From a virus (Duplodnaviria > Caudoviricetes), in the IMG/VR virus record IMGVR_UViG_3300020414_001890, positions 1-45,493 of that record: 45,493 nucleotides of DNA; one strand, given 5' to 3'. The stretch's first letter is position 1. Each line of letters starts with the position of its first letter. The translations under genes and the position numbers were made by a program. The notes beneath the pieces were generated by a model, which worked only from the letters and a program-made list of their open reading frames with translations, ran no database searches and was not told where the DNA came from. Of the stretch, positions 33,901 through 39,574 are shown one piece after another.

Positions 33901-36900
33901 ACTGTTGTGGAATCTCTAGAAGAAACTTCAAAAGTTCCGTTGTAGATAATTGGGTTAGCACCATAAATGGTAACTTGATCACCAACTAGCAAACCATGAG
34001 GACTTGAGCAAGTTACAGTTGCAGACTGATTATTAACACCACCAAATGTAATGTTTTCGACTTCTAAAAGTTTTTTAACATTATACAACCAAGTGTTTAA
34101 CTGGGGATCTTCTGAAGTGCCACCAAGTTTAGAAACAGAGAGTTTATCACCAGGAAGATAGTAAGCACCATTATCAGAAAGAATAGTTTCTTCTGCATCA
34201 ACAATACCAACAATATTCAATACTACTTCTTCAGTAGTGCCACGGTTTACAAATACTCTGAAATTAGACTGCACCTCAGTTGCAGCGTCCCAGGTTGTTT
34301 GACCCAATTCATTTGTGTCTCTAGTACATTCAATAAACTGGTTTAGAGACTTTTCTTTATATCTTACAATTTCAGTGTCACCAATAACAAACTCACCGTT
34401 TTTCTCTGGCCAACCGATTGTAGAGTCTACAGTGATAATGAGATTATCAGAATCTAGTGGCTCAGCAAGTTTTGTTTTATATGGGACAATAAAGTTTCCT
34501 TGAATTGTTTCTCTAGAGAGAACTAATTCATAAATTTGAGATTCTGAAGTATTGATAGAAATGTAGTTTTCAACTAGAGCAGATGCATCTTGCAATCTAG
34601 TATCTGCAATATCAGAAAACTGCTGCAATAGACCATCTCTAATATTTTCAGGATTACCACTTACTAAAGTAGCTCTCAGGATTGTATTAACAGACCAAGT
34701 AGATGCAGATGGTTTGATAAGTTGATCTTTTGGATATGAAATACTAACATCTTCACCATAGATCAACTTAAACAAATAAGAGACGCTATATGAAGTGCCT
34801 TTTGTAGAATAGAAAGTTTTGATGTTTTTAATTGCAGTTCTTACATCAATACTCTCGTAATCTAACTCAGGAATGCCTGGAAGATACTGATCTACAAATT
34901 TATCCAGTAATCTCTTGACGAAGAGAGCATCTAGACAAGTTACCTTAGAATCAGTTTTATGTGCGGCTGCAGAAGTCTTCCCAGAGAATTTTGCATTACC
35001 GAGCTCATCATATCCAGTGATACCTGCAGCAGCTCTAGCACAACCTTCAATTCTACATTTTTCATAACCTTCACCGCCAGAAATTACTTCAAATCCTGTA
35101 ATACCACCTTGTGCTACGGTAACAGAAGCTTTTGCCTGAGGTGGATCTTGAATAACAATTTTAGGAAGGGTATCTGGACTATAACCCGATCCAAAATTAG
35201 TAACACTAATATCAGTGATTTGACCGTTAAAGATCGATGCTACTGCAGTAGCTCCACTACCACCGATATAGTTACCTAATGGATCACGACGATCATCAAC
35301 AATGTAAACAGATGGAATATCATCGTAACCACTTCCACCATTGAGCAACTCAATATTTACAATTCTACCATCACCGTCAACCAAAACATTTTTAATTTGT
35401 GCTCCAGTTGGATTGACAATAATAATTTTAGGTGCCACTTCATATCCCTGACCCCGATTAACAAACTCAACTGATGCAATTGTGCCATCAGCATTGAGAG
35501 TTGTAGTTGCAACTGCATTAATGGGATTTTGACCAGTTGGAGGATCAATATAAACTGTGGGAGGTGTAGTATATCCCTGTCCAGCATCTGTTATGCTGAT
35601 ATTACCAATAATAGATCCATTTTGAATTTGGACAGGAGCAACCTTTGCACCGCCAGGTTGTCTAAACGTAACTCTGGGTGTAAAGGTATATCCACTACCA
35701 GAATTTAAAACCTCAAGATCAGTAACTGCACCATCAGTAACTGTTGCTTTAATTGAAGCGGGAGTGCCACCTTCTCTTGTGGGAGATTCTACAACAACTG
35801 TAGGAGGATTAGTTTCACTATATCCCTTACCACCATCAATCAAAGAAGATAACTGTACACCATCGATCAGTGCTTTGACAGATGCACCAATACCATCATC
35901 ATCAATAGAATTAATACTAATCTTTGGAGGATAGTCGAATCTATATCCACTACCAACTTCGGAGACGGCAACGTTAGAAATTTCACCGTTATCATTTACG
36001 CGAGAGAATCCAACTGCACCATTACCAAAACTAGGTACAGGTGCTTCAATAGAGAACAAAGATAGTTTTCTACCGATAGATGGAGTAAAGGTAAATGTGA
36101 TTTGATTACCATCAAAAGCAAAGTCTACTTTTGGAGTTAGTAGTCTACCACTGTAGATTGCAATAATATACTCATCAACAACAGGAGTATATGCTGCACT
36201 ATTTCTAGTTACTGCAAAACGAGTTTTTTCTTCATCGAATGAAGCAGAAATATCATCTAGAGAGAGGATTGGATTGTCATTAAAACCATTCTGATATTGA
36301 ATAGTTGTAGAAACTAAATCATCAGCAATACTTCTTTCTCTAGGAGCTACAGCAAATACAATTCTATTACCTTCAACAGTATAGTCAGTTTCAGGAATTA
36401 AAGTTTCACCGTAAACCGTAACAATTAAGTGTGCTGCACTAGGTGGTGCAACAGGAGAGTCTTGAGAAAGTAATGCAAAGTCTCTCGTAGTGCCGTCAAA
36501 CTGCTCTGCAATATTTTGAAGACCAATCCACTTTAATTTTACTTCCTCGTAAGAAATACCAGGACTAAGTGCTATAGAAGGAGATTGGAATGCTCTTTCA
36601 TAGAAAATAACTTCATCGTCGATAAGAATCGATCCATCTCGATCTAAGAATCTATCAACGTTTTCAAGAACAATAGTGTCTGAAGTTGCTGTGACATCAT
36701 CAACAACTTTAGTCTCACCGCCAAGGATTCTTACATCCAGGTTATCAATATTAAGATAATTTAGGAATTGATTCAGAATATTCTGACCAAGACCAGTTTT
36801 TTCTTGAGACTTATAATAGTACTCTAAGAATTTATTGAATAGCGGAAAATTATCCTCAATGTACTGGGGAGTCTGTTCCGTTGAGGCTAAAGAGACTTTA

Positions 36901-36911
36901 TTGACGGTCAT
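15912..36911 (-). CDS. gp7: Giant baseplate wedge initiator gp7-like mosaic protein (6999 aa)
   Basis: N-terminal QTPQYIEDNFPLFNKFLEYYYKSQE; core IKNIKTFYSTKGTSYSVSYLFKLIYG; late core IQDSYYYQDFSYAVKS...HPASFKVFGE; position after gp6. Inserted YHYH-like, propeller, two LamG, FG-GAP, reelin-like and CBM-like domains. Confidence 0.9.
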   Translation of the reverse strand: MTVNKVSLASTEQTPQYIEDNFPLFNKFLEYYYKSQEKTGLGQNILNQFLNYLNIDNLDVRILGGETKVVDDVTATSDTIVLENVDRFLDRDGSILIDDEVIFYERAFQSPSIALSPGISYEEVKLKWIGLQNIAEQFDGTTRDFALLSQDSPVAPPSAAHLIVTVYGETLIPETDYTVEGNRIVFAVAPRERSIADDLVSTTIQYQNGFNDNPILSLDDISASFDEEKTRFAVTRNSAAYTPVVDEYIIAIYSGRLLTPKVDFAFDGNQITFTFTPSIGRKLSLFSIEAPVPSFGNGAVGFSRVNDNGEISNVAVSEVGSGYRFDYPPKISINSIDDDGIGASVKALIDGVQLSSLIDGGKGYSETNPPTVVVESPTREGGTPASIKATVTDGAVTDLEVLNSGSGYTFTPRVTFRQPGGAKVAPVQIQNGSIIGNISITDAGQGYTTPPTVYIDPPTGQNPINAVATTTLNADGTIASVEFVNRGQGYEVAPKIIIVNPTGAQIKNVLVDGDGRIVNIELLNGGSGYDDIPSVYIVDDRRDPLGNYIGGSGATAVASIFNGQITDISVTNFGSGYSPDTLPKIVIQDPPQAKASVTVAQGGITGFEVISGGEGYEKCRIEGCARAAAGITGYDELGNAKFSGKTSAAAHKTDSKVTCLDALFVKRLLDKFVDQYLPGIPELDYESIDVRTAIKNIKTFYSTKGTSYSVSYLFKLIYGEDVSISYPKDQLIKPSASTWSVNTILRATLVSGNPENIRDGLLQQFSDIADTRLQDASALVENYISINTSESQIYELVLSRETIQGNFIVPYKTKLAEPLDSDNLIITVDSTIGWPEKNGEFVIGDTEIVRYKEKSLNQFIECTRDTNELGQTTWDAATEVQSNFRVFVNRGTTEEVVLNIVGIVDAEETILSDNGAYYLPGDKLSVSKLGGTSEDPQLNTWLYNVKKLLEVENITFGGVNNQSATVTCSSPHGLLVGDQVTIYGANPIIYNGTFEVSSRDSTTVFQYILPAPALVNPQGNILISVNLNKGKSPNTAIDAAISPYTTNIQNSFFNDQHVYVASTGIPNYQIGPFSGSALLPGNQRKLNRIPFNTQTISIKDTATSGGIGTWVNGVSAWSYKSTEKETFGPVTAVSIADPGTNYDAASPPTITISNGGGSGARANVTVDGSITAINVDNGGSGYTSSPLVSVVGGGGEGASATAIITRGVVSKILVNNGGTGYTSQPEISIVGGGGLGASATAEVRGGIKSVNIIDGGSSYTSNPDVILTSGQGAVAQAIVNNGRIISVAIISGGTGYTTAPEVEIVGDGFGAVAKANIDIDGENAGKVTSIDILNRGIGYVQGTTNIVLTSVGSGAKFTSQVFEWNYNLQATTTLDESKGYIFEGLNNEYGGEYAHISNPQRLRFILGDNLNRNQAGELVEQETQLAHSPIIGWAFDGNPIYGPYGYTDPTDQSSTITRMRSSYALKDALVVDPVTNPIPVRVQGPLLADHPAGEYIEDYEFNFNSGDLDQYNGRFCKTPDFPTGRYCYFVTIDNTEAGNAVFPYIIGPEYNSTVDKWNLSTDATQENIPTGVIRFRDPYENVDIDVERAPNASSNALTTESGDVLLFDVEDENRDGIISQDEIDDPDQLFEESPLQLFDYFPKVKFDSKVDIEVETITRFENASVNNFVIENAGENYQVNDILTFDNTDTDGSGVSARVSKITGKNISSYTYQNIDNKNIGIIQTSTPHELILGDKIFVDYTPIMDNTNKEYVVRQYKGIEEIIVTQNGVGYNEDIPPTVIIDGDGESAEITAVVSNVGAISQFNIINAGSGYTENPRLILSHPQVFKKSNYWVSILEGAGNDLIINDTFIATDKSLYVCGKMLDGSGNYIGFIAKVSDAGILQWYKTCEVNAPVGSDQYLEFNKILVDGNDIWIVGGNRPNTPLLDAYNPDIVLLKYEENLEGQDASLTIQRAYAGISGSTREDTVTCIKKFGESRYLLGGFTNTNSGNPYDGFLAIIDTAGVFVSKRKIAGLNTSEKLTDLFIIDEKIYFCMEVAENNTATDRDIVIGEAQFINNIIEINSMKKFAYSGFSVVNPVMALDEYNELYVVADSPLKSDATVQQGFFVAKFNTSLEAVWSKRYLTSSERMEIASGAEIDIFGDLNVAFTETATTGEITSASARINYKGEKVNVTSNKLKATGASENNIEGFDVECIATDNSGDSYLFGQTKWNRNDFILDFTSDFTDLTDHYNILPVGQTGAGLSFLNGYLKILGYQQGNNATWNNSYLQATNTDTRGKLSGDWTLEFMLFKDSTETNTLSQSYQTLVGIGGAQDADGGLWLGYDTATGYLQLAVANNAATIQSSTPVSSTVNSLYADNTWAFYAIQKSGNFFRVYINGIEVVSGNIPNTALNNKSLYIANQPGWGTGAADFTDDYQGQFFIDNLRLKNRATTITVPSDVTVLPTSGAFAINYTWQNTQWFTDYLKRYDYINYKAAGIKVDKTNLDGYTGDFTLRPNTQVNPVRTNIDFNISTLSPAVTTFQIGGSGIQSLDYSESTLIGVHNTEVLGYTQDILFSRTATIPSPGSQKVKASAVVKNRYYFKVANTSKIDNVQILTVNQSFAFTVGGKLVLESPTGTFINSGYITSIDRENNKISVAVNNNSWSNDYNTGRLRTERFDEFETFGIRGPVTADVNLLERYEFGIINNTTPGTFDIALSNFNSLTGGTNNLHQFAQFIETFDDSNFIVKVSEISGTSPYVPGSVINIAESNVSYNSDYNTIQITGLTGVTKIDLIATLEKILQVTNVSNSDEVYVITDVSHYMNVGDNFYTDGHQPQEVGGITYDEYNGSFIVDRVISSKEFTYKLPAVAVSLPVTAVSSVEFFSKSPTLKMYNGHQYLFDVGHSTMLGANLSFSKDSLNKLEYSFNIIERLGTPGVIEEGTSRPSIKFKIDKSIVTNISYYFDPSRTGADSPIDTNSYLNIGDTPYLGQFVITETSGGTITTGDDTMRFELASEPEGDGETTNTTYSTDSSKSVGSIADIRIVNRGGFYTKLPVVTGIESNRKIERVQINEPGTEYAVGTYNSVPISGDGEGGFVTIEVENTTDAEGNTILGQIVRATVSSPGKGYTTASIDIESIPGILGPGLAGSGGDLTVVIPPFGTGASIFAQADNVGTIKKLKNNNFGYDYTHDYTLRPEITFPLNAQLTNTSILQNIRVTDPGSGYTQAPAVVITGGGGQGAIAESTIQNGRLDQIIVKDPGSGYSSPPTVELKSSFNYVVNLDLGLLQFAFPHGIPNGAAVTLNVIDIGDGAVYPLASGAIGRLNGTTTYYAISGSAQSLEDDQLRLALTPQNAELGDPISFANTGTGRQQVLTSSFGGAAEANVVTSTFLEGEYVYQGPSLEQATATGYVSTNQGWLVGPRIVKIVDYDGNFQVGESITGVISKSSGVITDLKIAKGVLEIGPITRTTGQFIDDVGKPSEIIQKIQDSYYYQDFSYAVKSSVSINDWKNILLKNVHPASFKVFGELNVTEDTRIPNKEIDFQITKSVELAQSAIVPNIQNFALVDPIYQDFNNTEVLFRQKRLTSSENILTSVVQKVDDVSNLFDGIRTAFPLTVDGNTVIADEKQLVITLNGVAQAPGRAFTVVGDSIVFNEPPQPPASVKYVSVTFNPIQTKDFTFSFTSGIFPLVGNEISGAVSGARATVVGVTGQTVRAFITEGAFDVANGELIQGSTTGFLANVAAITDVVNNGLFFYGETVTNLTGDVAKVERINLDTGAETPIAQLRYQIGVSTTSFEVINDNGTLGPLPAGTFVVGENYQLGSEIFVVDAITDNNDSTTLDVTRSQLGTTQIAQPENTPIYGTQIQLNNSLLLSKTSGTYQSTPGLFDIQLNDYIVAAGSGVVAQITSTAPYQDPYTQEFINQINISEGSSFFGLLFNRITSTTFPNVVLDDISESQLNIVNFTDNTTAFNARFPSNEIVNNYLLRYDNGSGTFQEDEVIRNYTIDYGNSSGNFSNTEDIGVRKLTLTDKVGSGFFSIGQVLRSETTKAEIIGYNQSLNTIYLGKIGRTQPSGEDYHNATFVAGAELNTYNKKFGTACLALSKGTSPHTFVSGVTDGITVTGGAEGPFTAATGTTYDPLTGLMVIEIGTHTLTTSDTIQIVADGVTFTCESDGDTNNYAYPRATDPQFGQAIAITAETDTTITVNVGAVPVDEYLTIPTSTEFGFGTDNFTIELWIKPNSVAAGSKTLVDFRSAATEVAPYLHLDGANLKYYVNGSNTITGATNLVAGTWYHVAVSRNGSTTKMFLNGAQEGGDYSDGSNYGTTKPVRIGGDWNGATEFPGYIDELRISTTARYTDAFTAPTGIFQGDTDTVLLLHFDGAHKSTYVDDWSGAEDWVNGHFFNNDAVLATKRSTDGSNSYHSTNTQRYHDAANLIRDNKDLMALEIRDRTIANLPFVLDTTTESTALSAIDYTSYDDYGHSVDVGETVIVVGSPYDDDMGTQSGSVYVYNLDGEYQFKITASDGQQYDYFGWSVSVGYGKIVVGAYGEDTGSSAAGAVYVYDLDGTNEVKIVPSDPESSGYFGYDVAIDDEDLIVIGSYRDNVTASDQGSVYCYQTDGTFIRKIVASNAGSNDNFGISVAIGNDRIVAGAPYEDDRAGNAGAAYIYNLDGTNEVKIMPPSGIHTSAYFGWDVAVGANKVVVGMWRTPNSGNAPYSGAAFIHDLDGTNQIKITASDGASSDYFGRSVAVGIDKVVVGAWSDDNDGANSGSIYVYDLDGTNETILPTGSSRTGDDLGYSCAIGANRIIGGAPDSTVANSSNAGRAYFWKYNKVEAGYSYAPAMNAITDALIEDLNNGSNNHIWDHAATLVDRVNSPTAITNFQGEESLYITAIQTLNTFAQQVINNQFITIQGSHGLTQKTDAGITDSTTANLTTLTPTTGTYDPANGLLVLTVAGHGLTTSDFIAFAQESLGFTCTSDGNQAVQLYPRTTDPAFNAVLPITAVTTDTFTVDVGESNADSQFVHTFASAAADSVIVLDFSSADCADVKSTIDNLVSVVEDTFNNAFSGGTDHLASITKLSPAYEYAGGTVDAFLEIPVTLTSANSVDEKLYANKIDTDARYRFRDASNLINLNRQAIVDKAAADMIARYPDLALDMPRNAGGQSTDGTLRCKTDLSLILDGISQDIALGGNKNTITSAKFYLDTKFEIQHIRLQVWQSQFAHERLAFYAKQAITGDLDETNTDAVIIGDWGITDDAVVNFTPTDATYDPANGLLVLTIGTHDLALGRRITIADNSLTFTCSQNSNATNHTYPRSTDPASGAKLEIIAATATTITVNVGPSSPSDQYDHTFVSATTNAVSTAGQCQNVKDAIDTLVETLNDIIAPTTDDNRIAADRIYFNREYLAEEAVGLITDEFSFTLNNNPAVAYNFSGENTPEQLEADYEALAIAIIADLQTTGNNSTVEEVNKFINTKFEIVRVEDQLIQFVYGIDRLGYLIEFALNNYLLNPGATPQTNYYVPAHTAQQAYIDSESPSNIQQSIYRVRDLINIAKDMLAPAGENGRYAAQQLLFNKNYYLDEVEGVVNFQFGSGSWQYDNFLSEIIDDIVHDIVITDVSSANTTQARRIDLLREGVVSDIVFTGGTGYNDTPDVTIDPPAGGGLQAFAEAVLSTNPVLTGFNITNGGSGYTFTPDVTFGGAGFSPNAGGSTSIAGNAVTAIRFDGEVFDFDDLNQLSLDAGVGLVNDGSGTGSGGFRLGRQHLRFGAGTSSTRQARITSPFDTTDTDVCRVYVIAGNGSNGGETPDTNEDLALYYSLNGVTWTFYERLVYGGSNGASGINGQNQNRANFQSLNYVDIPLSGGIRGANVRLGIYQMASSSSSSYDHYGVPRIGLIDSQQQGWENVTIGFVDAPNESATTTAPTATTITGRLVTEVNIINPGSGYDPTNPPTVTFSGGNPVTPAAVTAVSVILDPSKFVVGETVISNNGATATVLADTGNAIFVGPIDGTTFAPNDTLTQGAITITIPADGVGTPFDWYTNAANVQSFKTARNITSLVEDESSSENLWTSPESYTSSDNWSSARLSINNNWSGVLSPVESENVIRLRPTTSSGQKYWLRDLNLTSFETFDATNVRWDSTNLTFDNGPTTEGDNQTYTSSIFMKAGELGRVRFQVYTQPTYNVAIFDIDLRDGTVENTITSGDGLTLLESGITPYGDGWYRVHLTVSIGFGFSNLRTLAYIKNNNGSLSYTGNNSDAMYIWGSKINQGPLDAYTASNGIILFSNAEYNIKKYTLDYVYDLFESALTGNLASPSAYSSSFAYYDATLAAGYTRDSILKLIRDNLDLFQNQLLNTVYYLDIDTISGISIPSKVYGDRSIPTPLGGGLFSADYMYGKQSDISAEVESLTTNEGRIVKIFQRLRVEGEITQGAGGVFQIGETIQKQGDASVVGVVYATHTDPNYEYVDIAMNAGAGAWALLDTMEGQTSGASAQIGNIDFRLQLIDTKGIFTPNVEFLAYTSGATGDSVQQITNEAAVTSNAGGKLTLDTDTITGDFEKTAVVYPESSRAYVDIQQFAGTIDIEVGDRISSLGHDRFAISIVNNLNTFEVGKYIYKIVNGARDSQNYAIVTELDLDNNYIYATVIEGSITNGDEIGYYLEGQGFPEGRAQIVGKTSYAGAGGALIQNIETIGISKRLYLSDIVGSISGRDSIKSSNGFKASINEYVELKARVKRFFVGFDGTQTTFDLTIDNGNQYIPDTEGHILVFINGILQPPGASGGYTTFSDKIQFTEAPTQGSSFNGFYIGKLRQLDDISFEFDSLRQTFNLKRDDIFYSLTLTEGVQSSTIRPENNIIVSLNGVLQEPGVGFEIVGSRIIFSEIPRVGSTFVAFSYVGSEADVDAAEVVPPIEAGDFITIQGETEDREVAVIESSNSLITFDYLGSVFGTGADAQVILNSGFISEVNVTSGGSGYTSRPNVRIDSISGFDANIKALVGVGSVVVGNGGTGYQNPEVAVETSVPDDWTAPDLSLYGEEAIDPEIL
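22505..23580 (-). repeat. Seven FG-GAP (integrin-alpha-like) repeats forming a beta-propeller inside gp7
   Basis: Seven ~52-aa units of the form DxFGxSVAVGxxxIVVGAxxxDxxxxxSGAVYVYDLDG, counted in the translation. Boundaries approximate. Confidence 0.9.
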
Positions 36912-36919
36912 TTGTTACT

Positions 36920-38935
36920 TCAAAAACAGGTGAGTCCTGAGAGGTCGCCAGGTGCATCGATATCGGGAAGCTCAATAACAGATGGGGTTTCTGTGAAGAT
37001 ATCTGGCGTAAGACTATTTAGTGGGATACTGGAAGGTGGTGTTGTGCCAATTGGAGCAACTGTGATAGTGGGCACAATGATTTCGATGATAGTTCTTGGA
37101 TCTGGTGATGGGACTGTCGTAGTATTGTCAGGAATAATCTGGACAGGTACCTGATAATCATCATCACCACCTCCACCAGGAGGATCTACAATTGTGACAG
37201 GTCCAAAACAAACTTTACCAGATCCATAATCTACTGTGCCTGCGTTATCATTGATAACAACCTGCCTATTACCAGTATCCGAATAGATTTGTAGTTTACC
37301 TTCACCATCATCTTCAAAATATTGAAGGACACCAGGATTTTCTGCAGTATAAAAATGACCTGATCTAACTACAGGTGCTTTTTTACATCCTGATCCATCA
37401 CCGCCTGTATTACCGCCATTGCCTGATCCATCACCGTCAGAGCCATCGCCATCTCCACCACTAGGATTACTGTCATAAAGTTGATTTCCAGTAGATCCGC
37501 AATAAGTGTTAGTTTCACCTTTTACAATTGGCAGATATAGCAATGTTGATATCTGAGTAGAAACATCGGCAATGTTTTTATCAGATAATGTAATAGCGTT
37601 TTCAAATTTAGTTTTACTAAATGTGCCGTTAAAATTATTGATTGTAGAATTTTGTGTATAGTTATTGATAGCTTCTTGAGCATTTGCTGCAATTTTATCA
37701 ATATCTCTACTAGAAGTTTCTGTATCGTATGTAATGAAAAGTTTGGGGTAGATATACATAACTTTCGCATCTTCGATTACTGGTTCGATAGATGCCATAG
37801 CATATCTTCTAAGTCTCTGAGAAAGAGACTTCTTAGTTGCATCGTTTAGATCAGTGCCAGTCTTAGTTCTGATAGCAATGAAAACTTTTCCGTAGATGGG
37901 AGGATCTAACTCGTCACCACCATATGCAACAACATTCTTAGCGTTATCGTAAATGGTTTTTAGAATGACTTCATAATCCTGTGCTGTAACCGCTCTATAT
38001 TGGGCAGCATACGCCTTTGGAGCGTTATACTTGATAGACTCTACAGTTTCGGGATCATCGCCATCCTGCGCCCCATGAGTGAGGGTAAATATCGCATCAT
38101 TTGATGCATATGATTGACCATTACTATCAGTAAATTTACCAATAAATTGGAATGAAGATATCTCGTTTGCTGCTTTACCATTAGTGACAAGATATTCAAA
38201 TTCAATAACCTCACCATCAACCAACTTTCTACCGATAACACCATCACCAAAGGTCAATTCATATCTCATATCTTCAGTTTCACTGATAAAGTAAACTCTA
38301 TCAGTAGCAGTAACTTCAGTAATATTAGTTACTCTATTGTAAGTATCTGATGTTGTGCTGGTTGCGTTAGCAAATACACTGACCTTTAGTGTATTGATAT
38401 CAGCATCAGAACTAGGAATAACAAACTTCTGTTTAACAAAGTTATTAACAGTATATCTAAATGTGATGATACTGCCCTCTCTCATCTTTAGAGGACCAAA
38501 TTTAGCAATACCTGTAGATGGATCAGTGGTAACTGTAACAGGATCCAATCTATTCCAAGTATAAGTGCCACCCTGAGCTACTGGACCTGATGTAAGAGTA
38601 ACGTTGTTTGGATATGCACCTGCAGTTTGAGTAGTTTGGAGCTCTAAATTAAAACAAGCAGTTGCTGCTGTAACCGACTTAGGAACGTAGTTAAACGCTT
38701 TTACAATATTGACGATATTGTCTCGGACGGAAGCAGAATCCAAAAATGCTTCATTCATAGACATATTTGCCATGAATGAAGAGTAGTATGTATTATATGC
38801 TAATACATCAATTAGATAGGATAATCCAGATCCTTCAAACTCGTAGTCCGTAAACTCGTCTCTAGTTTGAAGATAACTTTTGATTGAAGACTTAATATCT
38901 TCAAAATCCAGTAACGTTAAATTAGTGGGTAGCAT
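36920..38935 (-). CDS. gp6: Baseplate wedge subunit gp6 (671 aa)
   Basis: Motifs LDFEDIKSSIKSYL, FTDYEFEGSGLSYLIDVLAYNTYY, NEAFLDSA, FGDGVIG, RAVTAQDY, PPIYGKVFI. Confidence 0.95.
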   Translation of the reverse strand: MLPTNLTLLDFEDIKSSIKSYLQTRDEFTDYEFEGSGLSYLIDVLAYNTYYSSFMANMSMNEAFLDSASVRDNIVNIVKAFNYVPKSVTAATACFNLELQTTQTAGAYPNNVTLTSGPVAQGGTYTWNRLDPVTVTTDPSTGIAKFGPLKMREGSIITFRYTVNNFVKQKFVIPSSDADINTLKVSVFANATSTTSDTYNRVTNITEVTATDRVYFISETEDMRYELTFGDGVIGRKLVDGEVIEFEYLVTNGKAANEISSFQFIGKFTDSNGQSYASNDAIFTLTHGAQDGDDPETVESIKYNAPKAYAAQYRAVTAQDYEVILKTIYDNAKNVVAYGGDELDPPIYGKVFIAIRTKTGTDLNDATKKSLSQRLRRYAMASIEPVIEDAKVMYIYPKLFITYDTETSSRDIDKIAANAQEAINNYTQNSTINNFNGTFSKTKFENAITLSDKNIADVSTQISTLLYLPIVKGETNTYCGSTGNQLYDSNPSGGDGDGSDGDGSGNGGNTGGDGSGCKKAPVVRSGHFYTAENPGVLQYFEDDGEGKLQIYSDTGNRQVVINDNAGTVDYGSGKVCFGPVTIVDPPGGGGDDDYQVPVQIIPDNTTTVPSPDPRTIIEIIVPTITVAPIGTTPPSSIPLNSLTPDIFTETPSVIELPDIDAPGDLSGLTCF

Positions 38936-39351
38936 TACGGTCTCTGTAATACGAATTGAATGGTTTCTGTCACAGGAATACCAATGATTTTATATTCCAA
39001 AGTCACATCGACAGCGTTGTTGTCATAATCTGCCTTGCATTTCAAGTCAGTTACTGTGACCCTTTTCTCATAGTTCTTAACTGTATTTAGGATCTCTACC
39101 GAAAGTGCATCAATAAGGAATGCATCCAATGGCTCAAAGAGCATAGTATAAATTCTAGATCCAAAAGTAGGATCAAATAGTTTTTCTCCAGGAGAAGTTA
39201 AAACAATATTCCGTACAGACTGTTTGATTGCTTCTGCATTTTTGACTACAGAAATATCCTTAGTAAAGGAATTTTTAAAGAAATTCATAGGAATGTCTTT
39301 AAATGTCCTTGACTTTTTATAATCAACTCCTGATATTTCTCTGAGTGCCAT
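38935..39351 (-). CDS. gp25: Baseplate wedge subunit gp25 (138 aa)
   Basis: AIKQSVRNIVLTSPGEKLFDPTFGS and YEKRV are GPW/gp25 motifs. TAATG overlap with gp6. Confidence 0.95.
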   Translation of the reverse strand: MALREISGVDYKKSRTFKDIPMNFFKNSFTKDISVVKNAEAIKQSVRNIVLTSPGEKLFDPTFGSRIYTMLFEPLDAFLIDALSVEILNTVKNYEKRVTVTDLKCKADYDNNAVDVTLEYKIIGIPVTETIQFVLQRP

Positions 39352-39376
39352 TCAATTGATAGTATTACCCTCAATT

Positions 39377-39383
39377 TATTTAT
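39377..39383 (-). promoter_or_regulatory. T4-type late promoter (ATAAATA) for gp25-gp6-gp7
   Basis: Intergenic ATAAATA about 26 nt upstream of gp25, directly after a terminator. Confidence 0.82.
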
Positions 39384-39393
39384 CAGCGTACAC

Positions 39394-39419
39394 AAAAAAA
39401 GACACCCGAAGGTGTCTTT
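39394..39419 (-). terminator. Rho-independent terminator with a C(UUCG)G tetraloop
   Basis: The - strand reads AAAGACACC-TTCG-GGTGTCTTTTTTT, a T4-style UUCG hairpin with a U tract. Confidence 0.92.
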
Positions 39420-39422
39420 GAA

Positions 39423-39572
39423 TTATTTTCCTTGACCGCGATAACGCTTTTTAGCACTATTACGACTGGTAGCAGCATATTTGGTATGCTGACCTGCACC
39501 TTGTCGTGTTTTTTTCGGGGTCGATTCGATCATGTTGCCGCCACCCATGAGTGACCTTTTAATCTTTGCCAT
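39423..39572 (-). CDS. Small basic protein ending KKRYRGQGK (49 aa; start revised to 39572)
   Basis: MAKIKRSLMGGGNMIESTPKKTRQGAGQHTKYAATSRNSAKKRYRGQGK. The start at 39572 lies just after the PAAR stop. Resembles the small ORF seen upstream of gp25 in marine phages. Confidence 0.8.
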   Translation of the reverse strand: MAKIKRSLMGGGNMIESTPKKTRQGAGQHTKYAATSRNSAKKRYRGQGK

Positions 39573-39574
39573 AA

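Noticed and set aside
15912-36911. Inteins, introns, homing endonucleases or stop-codon recoding explaining the 21-kb ORF
   Set aside because: The frame is open under the standard code and I saw no Hint (C/S...HN-C/S/T), LAGLIDADG, HNH or GIY-YIG motifs. The length is explained by structural domain insertions.
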